DNA of 53,026 bases from Perkinsus olseni (Eukaryota): positions 1-53,026 of the forward strand of contig JABANN010000208.1 in assembly GCA_013115125.1 (NCBI GenBank), written 5' to 3'. The notes below the pieces were generated by a model that was not told the origin of the DNA, ran no database searches, and worked only from the letters and a program-made list of their open reading frames with translations. The position numbers and the translations under genes were made by a program. Positions 36,401 through 47,300 of the stretch are shown piece after piece (position 1 is the stretch's first letter; every line of letters starts with the position of its first letter).

Positions 36401-39400
36401 TCACTGCCAGCAAAATGATCACTGGTGCCGAAAAGGACGAAGATAACGCCGAGAAAGAACTACGAAATCGCTCATAGCGCCGGCACTGACCCCAGGGAAA
36501 CGGCAGCTGCGCGGTCTCAGGGCGGAGTTCGGGCGGCCTATGCTAGTCTGCGGAGGACTACCAATTGTAGCCCGAGCCCTCAACCTCTTGAGCCATGCCA
36601 TGCCTGTTATGCCCAGCTGGGTTGAGCGCGCAACCCAATCTCGTGTACAGGTATCGGCATAACCGATAACTCGTTTTCATGATAGTTCTGAGTTCCGTCT
36701 ATATTATCGAGTTCACTGAACGTTATCCAACCTACAGCTTTGAGTTCATGCCATGAACTTCATGACTCGTGATTCCGTATCGGTGGTATTCGCATGTTTG
36801 CCTCACGAGGGGGCGGAAGTAGACATGCTGCCAACCTCGTATAGAATTCGTGTTGTGAGCGGCTCTGGTGCACTATCAAAGTTGTCAGTCTCGCAACTGT
36901 GAATCAGAGTGCTTCCTAACGGCTGCATCGCATCATCAGAGTGTCTGATAATGCGTTGCAGCCGCTACGCAGCACTCGCCATGAGGCTCAGCATGTCAGT
37001 CCACGGCTCAGGTTCGGGACGAGCGAGTATGACCTGGGGTCCCTATCGAACAAGTTCTCGCATCTCACCAACAGCTCGATCAACAAACTATCTCCCACGC
37101 TCGAATCGGATAAATGCGGAATAGGTAGTTGAACGGGTTTCGGTGGGGTACTATAGCCACTGCGTCTAGTAATAGAGGTAAAAGTTTCCTAGAGCTCATC
37201 GTCGCATAGCGTAGCATATACCAATATGAGTCAGATGACTGCATCAGGCTTGCCCGTACTGAACATCCATAATGTTCTCCGCGGACAGCGCCTACGCGGC
37301 GGTAGCCGGGTGGCCCGGAAGAGGGCCCGGCACTACCCGGCACTTGTCGGTTGGCCCAGCGACCTACCCGGTGTTACCTGGCAAGTCTGTAGGGCCTAGT
37401 ATTCATCATTTTCACGTAACGAATAGTTAGTGAAAGACGGTGCCTGTTCCAGAGAAGTGTTCCACATACAGACTGTATCCGTGATGGCAGCGATGTGGAG
37501 GTTTCTCGGGCGCCCGAACAGAGAGCGTGAGTCAGAGGTATATATAATATATACGGACTCCCACAATATACAACGCCCCGCTATATTATAGAGCGATTGC
37601 ATCGGCACGCATGCAGCCCGAGTTTTGCCCGGCACTTCGCCACCGGCGGGAGATGGGCCCCAAGCACGACTTACCGGGCGGCCCAGTACTACTGGGCCAG
37701 TACTACTGGGCCAGTAGCCTACTCCATGAAAATACGACACCTATGCGTACAATCCTCGGGCAGTCTGTGCTTCTCCTCAATCGCCCGTTTCGTACCGAAA
37801 TTTGCCTGGTGGCATCATTTCTCCTCAACGCACAGCATTCGAGTCCAATACAATTTTCCGGGTGTCCTGCAACGTAATGGCTTCGACTCGAAGCTTTCGA
37901 GGTTGTTGCTGAACCGCATCATAGTACGGCATTCCGGCCCAGGATACCGGCCCTGGGACCCGGGGTAGGACGGATTCTCGCAATTTTTGTTCCTCTCACC
38001 TCTCAGTTTGTGAGTGACAAGTATTCCGGCAATTCTCCGACCACCTCTATCTTTGCCGTCATTTTCCGCTCATCCACTGGTCAATTTTCTGTCGTTTCCC
38101 AAAAATTGGGGAAATACTTCCGTGAATGGCGGAAATTCTCTGCATGAGAGTGGTGATGCGGTGCGGACGATTTGCTGAGCAGGTCCAGGGTGTAAATGGA
38201 CCTTTAAACAGCTAGAAGCGCATTTCGTGGCTGGCAGATTAGATGACAAGTTGCTGTGGAGTCGGATTATTAATCTAGTTAATGCTACACTTCTCAACTT
38301 GGTAGGCTCTTTGTAGGCCGAGCGTCGTTGGGCCTCGTGGTGGAGATATACAGTATTTCTTACAGCTTGAGGTGGTAGGTTCGATTACCGGTCCGGATGT
38401 TTTATAAGCCACCACTCATCGCTTCTGCCGTTACCGTGTACTTTGCGGTTGACTATCCTTCCGTGCAGATTCTCGCGGTCCCTCGGAATCCAGGAGTGTC
38501 GGGACAGCAGAACTACTTTGAGCTCTTCGGGTTCGATGTTGTTATCGATGAGAAGATGCGTCCGTGGTTGGTAGAGGCAGGCTGGACACTTTGATGGATT
38601 TTGTGGCGCAGTGACGCGGACCAGGTGAATTGCTCGCCAGCTCTGCAAGTTGACTGCCCGGTTGACGAAAGTGTGAAGAAGCCTTTGGTAGAGGATCTCC
38701 TAGACGTCATCTATCATCCCAATGTGAGTTTTCGGGTTAACGCAAGGAAGGGTGTCAGCGTGCACATGGACAGGTGCATGACCTAGTGTTTCCCTCGCCG
38801 GTTCGGTCTTCCTGTGAGGAGCCATTTTCCGCTTGTCCCCGAACCATCGGTGAGTTCCTGACCTGGCATCAGGCGGCGTGGGATGATAGGCCATTCTAGT
38901 GTGGTGCTGGTGGTCTCTTTGAACAACTCAACACGCGGATAAGCGTTGGCTATCCAGGCGGGCGGGTTTCTCCCTCCATTGTGTAACTATCACAGCACGA
39001 TTCGTGGGATTTATGGTATATCTTTGCTGCTGACCTTCAGGCCAGTTCTCGCTCATATTCCCATTCAATGCGGAGGTCGAGGCCTTGGCGCTTCAGGGCA
39101 AGCCGATAGCCTCTGGTGAGCAACCCGGTGAGAATTCCCGCTAATGATACCGCTAATCCGCCAATTCATACCGATTTTGACGGCAAGCGTTCAGGCGGGA
39201 AAGCCTCAGCGAGCCAGGCTGACGCTTTGATGCGCTCCATCGTGTCCCACCTGCGGAGGGTTGATAAGAACATACGGCAGTACGCTGCGGAGAGCCAGCG
39301 GTATCGTCAAGATGTAGGCGGCGGCTGGTCGTAAAAAGTCGCAGATGTGGTAGCGATTACGAGGTCAGTCATATGCACACACGACAGGATCCGTCGTATA

Positions 39401-39903
39401 TCGAGCTGCATTGGAATCGAGTCCAAAGAAAGGGGATCATGAAGTTTCGATGGGGGGGAAGAGAAGGGAAGCCTCTTTTGTTCCCTCTGGTTCACAACAC
39501 AACACCCGACTTTTTCCGTTTGGAGTTTCAGTCTTTCATCTGCTATCTTCTTGTCGTCCGTCACTTCCCAGCGTAGCTTTTTTGCCCTCGGAACAAGATC
39601 GGATGAGCTGAAAAATTTTCAACACTTTCTCGCTCTCCCGTCTGGGTGGTCCGTGCGGCACAGGTTGTTCAGGTACAGGGCCCTTCGGAGGGTACTGTGA
39701 ACCAGGCCTCCCTCCGGCGAGATATCTTCTCGGTAGAGCTGTACCTCCACTTCGCGGCCTCTGACCAGCCCGTCACCCAGCGTACCGATGGCACTCACTG
39801 TCGTCGCAAAAATGACGTGTCGCAAGGATCTGCACGCATGCGCAAATCTGCTGTGGCTCACGGCCAGGCCTCACCTGAGGCAGTTAACCGGTCTCCGCAA
39901 TAG
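33478..39903 (+). CDS. TTLL2: Tubulin polyglutamylase TTLL2-like, multi-exon (both termini uncertain)
   Basis: Exons encode [126 protein letters not shown] and FSLIFPFN. The start may lie near 33240 and the stop may be near 39700. Confidence 0.88.
37683..37716. repeat. Tandem 14-bp quasi-palindrome CCAGTACTACTGGG (about 2.4 copies), intronic
   Basis: Directly visible in the sequence. Confidence 0.8.
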
Positions 39904-40901
39904 AGCTCCTTCTGTCATATTCCAATGATGCCATGATATCTTTCGAATGAGGCCTGTGTGTATACTCGAGTCGAGTTGCTAATTGGAAGATGATAGAAGC
40001 AGCGGAACAGGGGGGTGGGGATCGTTTTGTCGTTAGCTATGTTCGTCTTAGTGGTGACGGGATCGTTCCGGGAATCATTCGTTAATGGTTAGGCGTTCTG
40101 TAGTAGAGATGATGATTCACCAATGGATGGTTCAGGATAGGGTCGCAGTAGTAGTCGTGTGGTTAGCGAAGAATCTTTTGACGGGTTGGGCGTGAGAGCG
40201 GTGCCCGCCGAAAATATCTGTGAGGCGAGCCAGGTGGCCCGACTCAGGCTGTAACCGACGGGGTTTATCATTGCCAGCATTCCTCAACTGTTGGCAACCA
40301 CTTTGGATTCTTGATCGGGTTTGTGAAGGTCATTTCTTCGTGCGCAGAGAAGAGCCCGAATCAACTCGAAGACGGAATGCCGTGGCGGATGCAGCTCTAT
40401 CACAGTTTGAAGGGGCTCTTCAAACTCTTCATTCACGTGTGCGAGTTCATAGTCCAACGCCGGCGATTTCGGCTTGTTTGGGCTTCTGACGGTTAGCTCA
40501 GCTGGCGACCTTCTGTAGCGTTGGCATTCAGTGTAATCAGACAGATTCATGAAATTTTCCAAATTGCATACACAAATTCACAGGACCAGAACGGATATCG
40601 GACCGGGCTGGTGATTGGTGACAAGTCTGGCATCCACCAACCTCCTGATGGAGATTGTCCATTTGCGACCAGTTTATTCTTCATTTTCGAAGTTGAAATT
40701 CCCAAATTATTCTCTCCTTCATTCACGGTTCCTTTCTCGGACCATAAATCTTAACAGGGGCGAAATTTTCAGTGGATTCTTCGGTATGCGGATGACCTCG
40801 GTTGAGCAGAGAAGGCACGCGTTTCGTCGCTGAGTTGTACTCCTAGTAGTTTGGGCGGTTTTATCAACTGACCATCACCATACTACTACCCCCTCCACCT
40901 C

Positions 40902-42671
40902 ATGTCCCTTCGTCCCGCCGGCGGTCGCTACGGTTCCACTGGCGAGCCTTTGCTCGGCAGGAGTGCGTCCATGCCTGTGAACGCTCTCAGAGGCGACCCC
41001 CCTCTGGTGGACCGTCTCTTCTCCTCGCCGCTAGACCAGTACAAGCGCTTCGGCAAGCGACCGGTGGCCATGGCCATCAACGTCTTGCTGGCCTTGATCA
41101 CGCTGGCCGTTGCGGTCGAGTTTATTAATGTCAACGTTCGACACGCGTCCCAATCCTTGCGGCACTTCTACGGTGTGCTTGTAGCCAGCAGCGACAGTCC
41201 TAAGGAGAATGGTGGTTTGCATAACCGTCAAAAGCTGATCGACTCAGAGACGGATCTTGCCCACTCTCTTGTTCGTTTGGCTACATCTTCAGTGACACTT
41301 GCGGAGAGCGCGACCAATGATTATCAGTTCATCGGGTCACCCATGCAAGATGGCGCTTTGACTCTGATGGTCGTCGTGGGAGACTTGAACGAGCCCGTGC
41401 TGCTCACCTTGCCCAACGCCACCACCTTCGACAGCGTCCGGGCTTCCCTCGACGACGACCCCGAGTTTTCAATTCTAGGCCAGTATCATTTCTCTTCTTT
41501 GATGGTTCCCATGAAGGTTCATGATACTCAGTATAGGGATGAAAGATTCTGTCTAGAGTGGTCCTTGATGCCGACATTTGCCGAGAATGGTAGCGGTCAG
41601 CTCGCCCTGCAGCTCCCTTACCATGTCCGCAGCTGCGCCGGTGTGCATCTGCGTCTCTGGGCGGTCGTGGGTTTGTGGTCCATGCTCGCCTGCGGTATCG
41701 CCAGCGCGCTTGTAAGCCTGTGTAGTCTGCGGTACCGCTTGGGAGTCGTTCGGAAGTTCCTGAAGGACTCTAGTGTGCAGGACAAGGTTACTGTGATGAA
41801 CATGTGGTTGGTGTTCTCGCTGGTCGGCAATGCCGTGCAGATCGTCTCTGTCGTTTACGCCTTCCTGGTGGAGCGACCGGACATCTACACCCATCTCAAT
41901 CTGTTCGGCTTCAGCGCTGCCTTCGCGCTGGTCAGTCTAGTTCAGTACCTGGCCCACTTCCGATCGCTGTACATTCTCTACTCGACCCTCGCCCACGGAA
42001 TCCCGCAGATATTGAAATTCCTGGTGGGAGTGCTACCGGTGTATTTGTCTTTCGTGGTCTGCGCGGTGTGCTTGTTCGGCTTCCACAGCCACTGGTTCGT
42101 CAGCTTGGGTGACTCGAGTAACGCCCTGTTCTCACTTCTTAACGGAGATCAGATCCACGACACCTTCACCAACCTCAAGGACGTCTCGGTGCTTGGCAGC
42201 AGGCTCTTCCTGTACTCTTTCCTGGCACTATTTATCTACGTTGTTCTCAATATTTTCATCACCATCGCTGAGGATGCATTCTTCACGGTTAAGTTCATGC
42301 AGGAAGGGGCAGGTCCCATCACGAACCTTCCTCACTACAGGCATCGTGTGCCGGCTGCCAGCCTGCTGCATCAGAATAATGAGGAGATCAGTCGAATGCC
42401 AAAGTCGGTTACGCTGTATCGTCATCGGGCCAGCGACCCGCTGTTGAAGAAGCTCGTTGCCGTGGACGGTGAGGGAAGCAGCAGCGGCTGCCACGGCGTC
42501 ACGGCGTCGCATGACGAGGCGAGCACGTCTGCGGGCGGGGACGCTTCTCCCGTGCAGCAGTGTGATCTGCAAGCTCAAGTGGCTGTCCTGATGCGGCAAA
42601 GTGTGGAGATGCAAGATCAGATAAGAAAGCTTAGCGAGGCCTTATTGACTAGGAGGAACTGCCCTGTATGA
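40902..42671 (+). CDS. Mucolipin/TRPML-like cation channel, single exon, 589 aa
   Basis: N-terminal LFSSPLDQYKRFGKRP resembles the mucolipin FFMSPCDK..GRKP motif. One transmembrane segment, a long luminal loop and five more hydrophobic segments follow. Pore LFSLLNGDQIHDTF and S6 LFLYSFLALFIYVVLNIFITIAEDAF. Confidence 0.92.
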   Translation: MSLRPAGGRYGSTGEPLLGRSASMPVNALRGDPPLVDRLFSSPLDQYKRFGKRPVAMAINVLLALITLAVAVEFINVNVRHASQSLRHFYGVLVASSDSPKENGGLHNRQKLIDSETDLAHSLVRLATSSVTLAESATNDYQFIGSPMQDGALTLMVVVGDLNEPVLLTLPNATTFDSVRASLDDDPEFSILGQYHFSSLMVPMKVHDTQYRDERFCLEWSLMPTFAENGSGQLALQLPYHVRSCAGVHLRLWAVVGLWSMLACGIASALVSLCSLRYRLGVVRKFLKDSSVQDKVTVMNMWLVFSLVGNAVQIVSVVYAFLVERPDIYTHLNLFGFSAAFALVSLVQYLAHFRSLYILYSTLAHGIPQILKFLVGVLPVYLSFVVCAVCLFGFHSHWFVSLGDSSNALFSLLNGDQIHDTFTNLKDVSVLGSRLFLYSFLALFIYVVLNIFITIAEDAFFTVKFMQEGAGPITNLPHYRHRVPAASLLHQNNEEISRMPKSVTLYRHRASDPLLKKLVAVDGEGSSSGCHGVTASHDEASTSAGGDASPVQQCDLQAQVAVLMRQSVEMQDQIRKLSEALLTRRNCPV

Positions 42672-43300
42672 CTGAGACTGGCGTTGAGGAAATGCAAGAT
42701 TGTACAAGTAGGGTAAGTGGCGAGAGGACTGAGGTTCACTCGCGAGCCCTGTTATTTGTTTTTACCATTATACCGAATTTGGAACTTCAGTTGTTATTAT
42801 TATAGTTCTACTATCCGAGACCGGGCCCTGGCGGAGTCCAGAGCTTCATTACGGTCGGCCAGTGTATTCAGGGGGGCCTACATGTTATATTGGTGTCATA
42901 CCTCTCACCGGTCAGGTTGCCGTCGATTAACGTAGTGGAATCAACAGTCTCTCTCTGGTACTCGAGAGACTTTGTATCATTCCGAGCTCTTGTCCGTGCT
43001 GCATCGATTTGTCCTTCGTTGAAGTCCATAAAGAATAAAAAGACCGCGTGGTTGGCTGCCACTGGTAGTGTTCCGCCCGTTCTCTATGCGGCTGGTTGCG
43101 TTGTGGTTAGGGTTGGGATGCAGGGGGGGGGGGCTCGGGGTGCTGTTCTGTCCTCGGTCGGTGCAATTACAGCGCTGGTAGGAGGATGCGCTTTCGAGTT
43201 CGGTTGAGCATCAGCGTGCCCTCTGTGTGACTTGTAGAGTGTGTTTTTATGCCAGTGGCGCGACCACGGCCGGATCTTGATGAATCCTGCCCTGTATTTC

Positions 43301-43358
43301 ACGCGTTAAATTCGATTCAGGGGGCACTCCTGAAATTCAGGAGAGGTCTATTCAGCAC
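43301..43358. mobile_element. MITE-like element, partial copy D
   Basis: ACGCGTTAAATTCGATTCAGGGGGCACTCCTGAAATTCAGGAGAGGTCTATTCAGCAC aligns with the 3' half of copy B. Confidence 0.5.
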
Positions 43359-43846
43359 GAAATTCCCATGATGCAGAGGTTGGGAGTGTGAACAGTGAGG
43401 AGCCCTGCTCTGACCTCCGCGATATCCAGCAGTGTCAGAGCCAGCGACCAGGCAGTAGCCTGTGTCTGCTGCCAACTATCAGTTGGAGGCCACCACGGTT
43501 CAGTAGGACACGAGAGCTGCCAGACTCCATACCCGATCTGGGTCGAGTCAGCAGTCTCCAGTATCCTACTACCTCCACATCTAGGGAGCGGAGGGCTGCT
43601 CGGGTCAAGCTCGCATCCGCCATCATTACAGCCATAACTTCATGGCTGTATCTAGTGCTAGCGCTTTGCTAGCTTTAGCATTGAACCATACTGCACTACC
43701 ATAGGTCTCTTGCTAACTTTGGCGCGCACAAGCCCCTCTTGTGCGCATAGGCTCTGCGTGGTAATTTCGCTCACGCCGATCCTCCTGCGTAGGATTGCTA
43801 CCACGCCCACGGTTCTTGTGGGAGAATATAGGTTGTGTTCTGTATA

Positions 43847-43919
43847 AGCCTTCTGCCGGAGTTGAACCGACGACCTCCCGCTTACTAAGCGGGTGCTCTA
43901 CCAACTAAGCTAAGAAGGC
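43847..43919 (-). tRNA. tRNA-Thr(AGT)
   Basis: Reverse complement GCCTTCTTAGCTTAGTTGGTAGAGCACCCGCTTAGTAAGCGGGAGGTCGTCGGTTCAACTCCGGCAGAAGGCT forms a full cloverleaf. Confidence 0.96.
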
Positions 43920-44309
43920 TTGTTGAAGAGTTTCTTCGTACGCTAATGACAACCTGTTTATTTCAGCTTACCGTTGGACTGAGTACTCCTTTCGTCCTGG
44001 CTTGAAGAGAGTGTGCTATCCTTCCTCCTGGTAGCCTTATTATCGTGTGAATCCTTGGATTTTTAAAATGCAAGAAACAGTGCTCGTGTTTGGGTCAACA
44101 CTTCCCACAGAGTGGAAGGGCTCGATCGGCGCTCGACTGAATCTTACGGTCAAGGCGGGAAGAAACAAATAAGGTTCGGTGATATCATTTCGACCCACTC
44201 CTATGACAGCTGATAATGCGGACGTATCTTCTATCGTCCGCATGCTCGTGGCCGACGTTATGGGTATGCCTGATCAGCTCGGTGACGCAAGAGTGAATGA
44301 AAGACACTC

Positions 44310-47300
44310 ATGGTAATCGCCTCACATCTGCCGCGATGCTCCGGTGCGGAAAATCTTCGCTGTGCGCACCTCCTCAGGGCCCTCTCTCCCCTGGCTTGCA
44401 AGCAGGTGGATTTCGGCATCGCTGAGACACCGGAAAGCTCAGTCGTCACGAGTCTTATTCGAACGCTCGAGCGTCGGGAACAGACACGTGCTGGTGAGTT
44501 TGGACCGAGGAGAGACGCAAATTTCATTCTCGCTGAGCCTTCTCCCCGAGCCTGTTCCCGCCCTCCGACAGTCCCCTCGTTCGTCCACTCGCAACTTGGT
44601 AAATTTCTGATGTGTGTCGTTCCAGGAGAAGTTGGCAGCAGCAGCAGCAGCAGTAAGCTGCCTGCCTCGCTGCAATGCCAAACCTTGATCCGCCAATTAC
44701 AGAGCAGCAGCCCGGCGTTGAAGGAGAGGCCGGTGATTTTGCGATTCCTTGCCCTCATGGCCGGAAGTGATGACAAGGAGAATTACAGCGGAAATGTGGT
44801 AGGAAAAAGTGTCGTGAGAATCCAAGACACGTTTTGGATTATTCAAAGCAAATACTGATTTTTGACGCCAACTGAACCGAGTAGAGCGGCTCGTGACTAC
44901 TCCTAAATTTCCTGTTTAATGTTCGGAGCTGCAAAGGCCGTCCATCTGCTTTCTTCACGCACAAACTGTCTGAAATTCAACGCTTTGCACACGCGACGAT
45001 CAGATCTGCGAGTTTTTCCAACGACCCTCTCACGCTCCCTCAGGATGCACTGGCTCGGGTGACCACCAAGCCCGTGCCCAGTAGTGCTGGTGTGGCCTCT
45101 GATATGCTGAAGATGACCATGTCTGCGCCCTCGGACCAGCCGAAGACGATCGCACAGACTAAGGGTGGGCATATCGGAGTTCGAGTGTGTTCTTCGATTG
45201 TTGTTCCTTAGGAGTGACGGAGAAGGAACTCGTACGAGACTTGGTGTTTGTCTTGCAGGGAATCGATGGCAGTATATTCAGGTCGGCGTCTGAGAATCAT
45301 CCTCTCACGCCAACGGGGCTTCACTCGGACGTACCTTTCTGCACCCTAGGGACACTTTCCCGCACAGGTTCAATTCCCGCACCGAGCGTTATATATTCGG
45401 CGGCATCAGCAATGGCCGTGACATCGAGCTCCCGGCCAGGCATGCATCAGCCTGTCTCGACCTATGCCGTGTCGGGGGCACCTACAGGTCTGGGTGGCGG
45501 AGGGTGCACATCTCCCATGCCATTCCTTCAGGCGCTTGCTCGAGCGAGTTAACCGCCTACTAGACGACGACTCCCTCGAGGCGCCGACCTGCCCGTCACG
45601 GACGGCAGGGGCGTTCGCTAACCAGATCAGGGATCGTCTCATGGAGTACTACAGGTATTTATTGCGATTTAGGGCGGAGCGAAGCCCAGGTATTTTTCAT
45701 AGCCCTCGCCTCAGGTTAACGGTGACGTTAGAGTCCCGCGTAGCTGGATCAGGATGGACATTACAGCACCTGCAAGCCTGGGCCTACCAACCAGGCAGGC
45801 AGTTGGCAGCCCTTGAGAGGTAGCCGGGGAGACTCGCTGCAGCGGTTGGAATATTATCATTCACTTAACATATTGCCGTTATTTATATTTTCTGATGCCG
45901 CTTATGTGGTCGCCCAGAAAATAACGAAACTTACAGAAAGATCTCCGAATGCCGTGGGTGCGTCGATTGGCCGCTCAGCCCACATACGAGGTGAATATTG
46001 TTTCCACTACAACTCTACCAGTCACACGACTTAGCCGATCATGATATCGAAAGCTGGTCAACCTATTCCGTGAGGTACCCGGACTGCTCAGCTTGTTGAT
46101 ACCGGCCCGTGGCGGTTGAGGTCTGGTGGAAGTCTTCATTGAGAGTTCTCAGACCGTGTATGAACACTCGTCTGATTAGATTGACACAAGCCTGTCTCTC
46201 GGAGAAAAATGGCGGAGCGATGATTTCCGACATCATCACCCTTCGCGACTCTCGTGCTGACTTCGCGACCAGATGGTTACCCGCTCAAGGTGAGTGCCTT
46301 CTGTTTAGCGCGCGCCCTGATGATCGATTAGCCTCGAGATGAAATCAGTTGAGCATTTATGGCGGTCATCCGCTGCCGGATGGGCAGGTCGAAGCTCGCC
46401 TGATTCAGAGTCCGAAGATACCAGCCACGGCCCGCCGCGTTGTCAGGTAGCGCCCCGGCATGCACACTCAGAAGTGTCCTCGACGAGATCATCATCAGTC
46501 GGACCCTACAGCCTCTGGTCGCCATGATACACCTCTGGGTGGTAAGTCTGGTGATTTCCGTGAAGCGTATACCCGTGCTTTGTTGCTCGGCAGTGCTTTA
46601 GTGTAATGGAACAGGAAGGGGTGGTGTACGCGGCAATAGTTTTAATTTGATAATCTAGAAAAGATATTTTGTGGTCGACCAATTTTTCATTCATTTTGTA
46701 GTAATTTTTGTATATTGAAATCTTCTTGAACTGCTATAGTATCTTTGCCAAAAATGAGATCCAGCTTCGACGTAAGATTCATCACATACTTCATCAGGCT
46801 TCGCGACAATAAGTAATATCGGTTTACTAACAAAGTAGATCCGAAAATCTCATTTATATCAGAATTTGAAGAAGCCCGGCGAACTGGGTTCCCCTTAGCA
46901 GCGAGCGTCACCGTTCTGTGCTGCTGCCTTATTCAGAGCGAGGGTCGTCTGATGAAGGGGGGAGAGGCGGACTTCTTTATTGAAGAACACGCGGCTGTCT
47001 CCAACCGTACGACCTCCTGCTCCGATATTTGGACGGGGGCCTTTGTTCTTGACTTCGACAAAGTGCCTTCCATCATCACTGAAGATGTGGCTCTCAAGGT
47101 CCGTGGCGATTGCATCGCTCCGCTAAGGATTGGCATTTTTCGCATGTCTGCAGATTTTTGTGACGGGCAAGTCGATCAACTTCGTCCGTCAATGCTGTAG
47201 CGAGGGCGATTGGTTGGGCGATCAAGACGAGCCGCTCCCTCACACGGAAGGAGGCGAAGAGACCAGTGCTGAGAGCCTTACTAGGATGGTAAGATGTTCG

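Noticed and set aside
36588-36598. Spliced-leader relic (TGGCTCAAG on the - strand)
   Set aside because: Only about 9 nt match, the site is intronic, and it is not upstream of a gene.
40089-40562. Two in-frame minus-strand ORFs separated by TGA, suggesting stop-codon reassignment
   Set aside because: Confident genes here end in TGA, TAG and TAA, so the code is standard. No recognisable protein results.
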